From positions 17,360,001 through 17,424,000 of the forward strand of contig NC_043010.1 in assembly GCF_006345805.1 (NCBI RefSeq): 64,000 nt of DNA, given 5' to 3'. Positions 57,721 to 64,000 of this stretch are shown here, in pieces; position 1 is the first letter of the stretch; every line of letters starts with the position of its first letter. The notes under the pieces are model-generated. The model was not told the origin of the DNA, searched no databases, and worked only from the letters and a program-made list of their open reading frames with translations. Origin of the DNA: Octopus sinensis (lineage: Eukaryota). Both the position numbers and the translations under genes were made by a program.

Positions 57721-59955
57721 ATGAGCTCTAATGATTGGTAGTGTTGTAGAAGTGTTTGAACATCTGCAATGAAATACCCACTGACACAGACTTAACGTTT
57801 AGGCTGATATGCTTCTTGCTACTCTACATCTTTTAGACCCCGTCGGGGTGGGGGAGGTGCAACAATGTTTGTGCTGCTGCCACAAAAATGCATCCAGTAC
57901 ACACATTGTCAAGGGGTTAGAAAATGGGGAGAGAATGCATAGCATTCCGTGGTCCCTTTTGTTCAACCCCTGATACACAATTAATTAGGTGGCAATAGAA
58001 AGGGCATTCAACGATGGAGACCAAGCTAAATGGCCCATATACGATAACCTAGGATTAATAGCTGAGAAATGGCTTGGACCCTGACAACTCACCCAACACA
58101 TGCCAGCATGGAAAGATGTTCAATGATGATATCAGCATGACTGGGTGATTAAAAAGCTTCCTTTCCAACTATGTGATTTTGGGTTCAGTCCCACTGTATG
58201 GCACCTTGGGCAAGTGTCTTCAACTAGAGTTGACCAAAGCTGAAAGGAGCCCACCATGCGTACCGTTGTCTTGACATCATGTGATGGTTGTAAATGAGTG
58301 TCTCTGTCACACAAGCGGTGTTTGTTTCTAGTCTTCTATGAAAACCTGTCTGGTCAAGAGGCCATATTATCTTCCTTGGAAACTTTACTATGCTTGTATG
58401 GGTCAGACAATTCTTTGAGACAGATTTTCTACAGACAGTTGCCCTTCCTGTCACCAACCCCCATTCTTATGATGGTGCTATTAGTATAATTTATGCTCCT
58501 TCTCAAGTTCCAATTTTACCTTTTTTTCTTTTCCATCAGATAATTGTCTCTGTGAAAGAACTAAAGTGATCCCCCCCCTCTTCTAATCTTATCTACTAAA
58601 TCTAAAATGATCTCTGTTCCTGATGTTGTCTTACTTTATTCATTAGTCACATGTCATCAGGTTTTGCTTCCTCACTATTATCGGCTCCTTCCGCTGCAGC
58701 CCTCACAACACTAGACATCAGCTTCAGTAATTAATGGGTTATCATTTTAATGACCCTGAAAAGATGAGAGGGAAAGTCAACCTTGGAGGAATCTTAACTC
58801 AGAGCAAAAAAAACTGCTGCCACGTTCTGCGTTCAAATTCCACCGAGGTCAACTTTGCCTTTCATCCTTTTGGGGTCGATAAATTAAGTACCAGTTACGC
58901 ACTGGGGTCGATGTAGTCGACTTAAACCCTTTGTTTGTCCCCTCTATGTTTTTTAACCCCCTGTGGGCAATAATGAAATAAATATTACATAATTATTATT
59001 TATATATATTAATTTTCTGAACCCTGTATTATTGACATTATTGTAATGGATTGAATGACACCAATATTTTCATTATTGGACTTATTTCATAACTAACAAT
59101 TTCTCTTTGGAATTTCAATTTGTATGGAACAGTTTTCATTATAGAAAACTATCCAGTTTTATATTCTTTGTCTGCGAATATTAGCTGGAGTGAAGAGGAG
59201 ATCCCCTTTAGTCTTATATATTGTGTGTGCGTGTGTGAAGAATTTTGTTTGAAACATGTTACTGGGACGTGACTCTCTAGCTTCCATTTCTTTTTAAGAT
59301 TTTTTGATTTTCCTAAAATAGTTGTTTATTATATTTTTGTTTGGAACTTTCGTGATTCACTAACATCTTGTATCTGATATTGTGTCCTTTTTCTCATTGG
59401 TTATTACTGAATTTTAAAATCTCAGATATGTTAAACAATCAGGAAATGATTGAGTAGTGGTGTCTGATATTAGTTCCTTTCCAGAATAGACGGCTTTTTG
59501 TGTTGCTGTATTTTGATAGCTAAGAGGTAGAAAATTTGAGCGATTTGACAATCCCATTTCTTAAGTAAACACTTTCAAACACTAACGTATTACATCATTC
59601 TATACACAGGTCACACACTTTGTGATATTACATGCGGACGTGAATGTCCGCACACATTCGTAAGACTACACTTGTAAAGTAATCAGCACTAACAAGGCAT
59701 TTGTCAGCTCTGCACTCTTACAGAAGACTCTCGCCCAAGGTAGTGTGCAGGGTCACTCTCAGCTGAAGCCGCATGAGTGGCAAACAAATATTTATTTGTT
59801 TAGATATGTGTGTGTGTGTGTGCGCGTGTGTGTATATCTATATGTGGCTGTGTGTGTGTACAAGTGATGAAGGAAACGGAAGATTTGGCCCAAGTCTTTA
59901 GGACGAAATATTGTTTCGATTCATCCTGAAATTGTCCGTTATCGGTAGGATTTTG

Positions 59956-60351
59956 GGATCTTTTCGGTTTGAACGGCAGTTTTTAACATAATTTCTAGGT
60001 AACTAAAAAATTTTAAACTTCGTATACTGGTAGAATGTGTTTATAAAACATCTTTTTCTCTTGGCTTTATTGAGAAAATTCTATAGTTTGTAAGATATTT
60101 GTTGTTTTTTCTTCAATTTTTGCAATTTCAACCAATCGATGACAGTCTATTGAGGTAAAAAAAAAACATGTGCCGTATGAATATGTCCCTCGTTTAAGAA
60201 ACAGATTGGGTTTATTTACATTTGTGAAGAAAAAAAGGTACCCTAACCCTAAAACATTAAAATGCAATAGATCGATACCAGGGTCATAATTATGGGTGAC
60301 AATTTCACACGACACCGCTAGAAAAAACTGCCGTTCAAACCGAAAAGATCA
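59956..60351. mobile_element. Merlin-like MITE (copy 3)
   Basis: Exact 8-bp TSD ggattttg (59948-59955 / 60352-60359). Confidence 0.9.
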
Positions 60352-60743
60352 GGATTTTGTACATCTAATTGTGGTGCACCAACCTGTGCAGGTTGTGTCG
60401 CATCATGCACATGCTTAACGAAAGGGATGTCCCTCTAAATATACTGGGTTCTACTAGGCATGTTGTTCGTGCTCGCTGTATTTTGGTTATTTCCGTCTAA
60501 TGCAGCTAAAATTAAGCTCGTACAATCCTAGAACAGAATAGAGCCTGTCGAAGCTTACATTTAGGTTAACGGGGGTGGGGGTGCACTCCCGGACGCATCA
60601 CATCAACGTGAACAACCACACATGAGTGGGTGTTCATGTCCGGGAGTACATATTTGATATCCCAGATGAACCTGTGTTGCTGTGGCCCCATAAATTATCG
60701 GTTCATCCAACTAGAATTTTTCATGACTGAAAGATGTGTGTGT

Positions 60744-60799
<56 letters not shown>

Positions 60800-60810
<11 letters not shown>

Positions 60811-61131
60811 TTATATAAAATTACAGAAAAACAAAAGACGAAGACAGGTGTATAAACAACAAACAAGTGTATAAGTTTAACGCTGGGGAAGGTGAGAACG
60901 TCTTTTACGTTTCGAGCCTACGCTCTTCAACAGAAAGGAACACGATGAAATATACAGAGAATAAAAGAAAATAAAAATAAAAATTTTTTACTTTTGGGGC
61001 TAGCGGTCAGTGTGTGTAAATTATTGTGTCTGGGGACAATCATTCTCTTTTAGCGCCTTATTAATTTAACACATCGAGTGTGTTAAATTAATTAGGCACT
61101 AAAAGAGAATGACTCATCCCAGACACAATAA
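60800..61131. repeat. Family C element: head shared with 21395-21540 plus a hairpin 61021-61131
   Basis: aaaacaaaagacgaagacagg...ttttacgtttcgagcctacgctcttc; 53-bp arms with a 5-nt loop; between (TA)n runs. Confidence 0.85.
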
Positions 61132-61209
61132 AATATGCTTCAACACACGAATTCACATAAAGAATCTTGGAAACCAAATACAAAAACGAAATGATAAAAG
61201 ATGAAATCT

Positions 61210-61255
<46 letters not shown>

Positions 61256-61259
<4 letters not shown>

Positions 61260-61548
61260 TGTTGAGAATTTCCGATAGAACAGGATCCAGATAACAAACT
61301 GTAGCGAGGAAAGAGATAATTCCCTAAGAATGAACCTGTATGATAAACAACACAAACACAGCATGGACATTAAAAATAAACAAATAGACTGGGGAGAGCT
61401 AAATCATATTTTTATATAAACTCTGACCATAGTGAACGGAATTCAAGCTTATTGACTTCTCAAGTTTAAAAAGACAAATAAGTTTGGCCATTGCGCTGCG
61501 GGGAGCCTGACCGCTAACAGCTGACTTTAATCTTGTCAACTAATGGAG

Positions 61549-61627
<79 letters not shown>

Positions 61628-62877
61628 GGACATGTCGATGCGGTGTATATAATTGAATGAAGAGGATCATAGATGAGTATTAAATGGTAAATATGTGTTT
61701 TAATCGGTCGAAATGTGTCGGCTTTACATCGTTTATGAAAACTGAAAGTGGTCGGAGAGAGAGAGAGTGTGTGTGTGTGTGTTAAAGACATTTAACCAGT
61801 CTGCAGAGAAGATACGGCATCGCTAGTCTGGACATAGAATATGGATGGACAGAAGATTTTTGAAAAAAGAGTAAAATACAATTTCACTATTTTAGGCTTG
61901 TAAAGATAATATTGAGAAGAGGGAGAGTCTGTTGTAAGAGAGACCTGTCGAAGCAGGTTGGAAAAGGCTCAGGGAACTGAAAGACCCGTGGCAATAAAAG
62001 ATGTCTGTGGTGAGATATCCAGTCATCAACGAAGTTTGGAATATGTTGGCTGTTGTCTAGACAAAAAATTCCCTCTGTCCGAGGTCAGGGCGACATAAGT
62101 GGCTTTGTTCCCTTTCCTAGACACTAAGCCTACCGAATACTTTGTGTATGTGTACACAAACCACTTTTTTTATAAAGGTATACATAGGATTAGCATACAG
62201 GATTATTCTTGTGCTGTTTTGTTTTACGCAGTGGACTACGGCCATGCTGGGGCATCACCTCGAAAGGTTTCGTTGAATAAATCTACCACTGTACTTTTTT
62301 AAAATCTGTATTTATTGTATCAGTCTCTATTTGCCGACGGCTGGGGTGCAGAGACGTAAACAAACCGGCGTCGGCCGTCAAGCAGTGGTATGCGGAGCAA
62401 ACACAAGATCACACACACCAAATTCACTCACAAAGCGTTCGTCGGACTGAGGCTATGGTAGAAAGTGCCGCGCAGCGGAGTTGAACCTGAAGCCACATGG
62501 TCGCAAAGTGAACTTTTTTAGACACAAGTCTCAGTTTGGCATCTGCTGCCATGACGAAGCTGAATGCCAATGGAAAAGTCACACGCCATTAGTTGACAAG
62601 ATTAAAGTCAGCTGTTAGCGGTCAGGCTCCCCGCAGCGCAATGGCCAAACTTATTTGTCTTTTTAAACTTGAGAAGTCAATAAGCTTGAATTCCGTTCAC
62701 TATGGTCAGAGTTTATATAAAAATATGATTTAGCTCTCCCCAGTCTATTTGTTTATTTTTAATGTTCATGCTGTGTTTGTGTTGTTTGTCATACAGGTTC
62801 ATTCTTAGGGAATTAGTTCTTCCCTCGCTACAGTTTTGTTTTCTTGACCCTGTTTTATCGGAGATTCTCAACAATAT
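61256..62877. repeat. About 290-bp inverted repeats (61256-61546 / 62586-62877) around a 1-kb spacer containing a family-1 SINE
   Basis: The inner about 220 bp differ at about 2 positions; the outer 70 bp are more diverged. Confidence 0.9.
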
Positions 62878-64000
62878 TTAATTTGCTGATTCATTCTCAA
62901 AATGATTGGCTCCATTTTATTGCTTAGTCAGAAGGAGACGACGAAGAGTTTGTCTCCATGGCTGGGGGAAAGAAATAAGGGATTTATCCTTAAGCTAGAG
63001 CTCTGGTCCAAATGCTTACAACAGTGGATTCCACAAAAGCAGCCAAGGTACCAAGCAGTTGTGTGAAATCGTGTGACCAATTAAGTCTACCCCTAGACAA
63101 ACGAACAGTTACAACGGTGGGGTTCCACGACGTTTTCATCTACCAAATGTCACTGAAAGGCTTTGGTCGATCCGTGGCTGCTGTAGAATAATTATATCCA
63201 AAGTGCTTCGCAGCATGATTGAACTCAAAACCGCACTGTTGAGAAGTGAGCTTGTTTTACTTACAAATCATATCTACGCCTATCTTCTTGTCGGCTCTAA
63301 TCTAACAAACTTATGATCAGAGACATTTCAGCCGTAATCCTCTTGCTTTTTATCCAGCCATACTGTAACCTCAGACGTTAGGGTTTGGCTTGAGGGATAT
63401 TTGGCTACTATTTCTAACAGGTTGAGCGATCGCAAAGAGGCTCCCTTCTTGGCTCTGATTTCATCTTTTATCATTTTGGTGCAAAGCGGCAAGTTTTAAA
63501 ACTGTTTGTTGTCAGGGTTCATCTGTGTAGATGTTTACTGAAGACGGTCTGTAATTTTCGTCGTCATGCTCTCATCAATAAGGATTGGGAATGAAGAAAA
63601 CCTTGTCCAGGACTTTTATATTCTTGCAAAGAATTAGGCATCTCCTGTAAATTGCAAGTCGCAGAGCATTTTCGTATTTTAGGCCAAATAATTGTCAGCG
63701 AGGTTGTTTTGACAGCAGACACTCGTGCGGGGCAGCAAGAACCACTGATAAAAAATCTATATAGTTATCAAAATGAGGAGTATTTGACGGTAAGGTTTGG
63801 ATCTGCAAGAAGTAGAGGCTCAGTGTTCGGTTTCAGATCCCACTTAAGGCTACTTGAATAATTTTGATGTTGCATATGTTTGGAGCAGTGAGGGACTCCT
63901 TTCTGTCCGTGAAAATGATTTTTGTTTTTACAAATGACAATGATCAGTCCCCCCCCCCATAGTGTACCTTCTAGAGAAGGCTGACGCCCACCAAGATTCC

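Noticed and set aside
61780-62100. Spacer sequence with a CPR-like motif as an L1/Tx1 C-terminal remnant
   Set aside because: Only one short motif; insufficient without a search.
63652-63861. Plus-strand ORF with an internal GTAAGG donor
   Set aside because: No ATG start and no recognisable domain; cannot be supported from the sequence alone.
1-64000. tRNA genes, CRISPR arrays or prokaryotic systems
   Set aside because: The tRNA-like segments are SINE heads (multi-copy, tailed, with TSDs). No repeat-spacer array or operon-like structure is present, and the DNA is eukaryotic.

Overview
Eukaryotic, AT-rich, repeat-dominated DNA. It is most likely from an octopus or other coleoid cephalopod; this is inferred from the SINE families, microsatellite load and effector-less C2H2 array, not proven. 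Only one intact protein-coding ORF is supportable: a 16-finger C2H2 zinc-finger gene on the minus strand (7171-8532). The rest is a palimpsest of transposons: tRNA-derived SINEs of several families, RTE and CR1/L2 LINE remnants, Tc1/mariner and piggyBac remnants, hAT, Merlin-like and piggyBac-like MITEs, short Helitrons, and two Penelope-like element (PLE) remnants. One young non-autonomous Ty3/gypsy-type LTR element is also present. Three observations stand out. (1) The LTR element is flanked by a perfect 191-bp duplication instead of a 4-6 bp TSD, and its 5' LTR lacks the terminal base. (2) A tRNA-headed SINE-like family has a 3' part that reconstructs to a minimal hammerhead ribozyme, and this part is also fused in inverted orientation to a PLE reverse transcriptase. 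(3) About eleven 'unique tail + inverted repeat' fold-back elements, up to a 694-bp spacer-less palindrome, sit mostly in (TA)n arrays; members of one family fold back at different points. CpG-retaining islands with CCAAT boxes and splice donors suggest non-coding first exons or promoters, including a possible bidirectional one at about 47 kb. A 100-N assembly gap lies at 37381-37480. All coordinates and alignments were read by eye and need computational confirmation.
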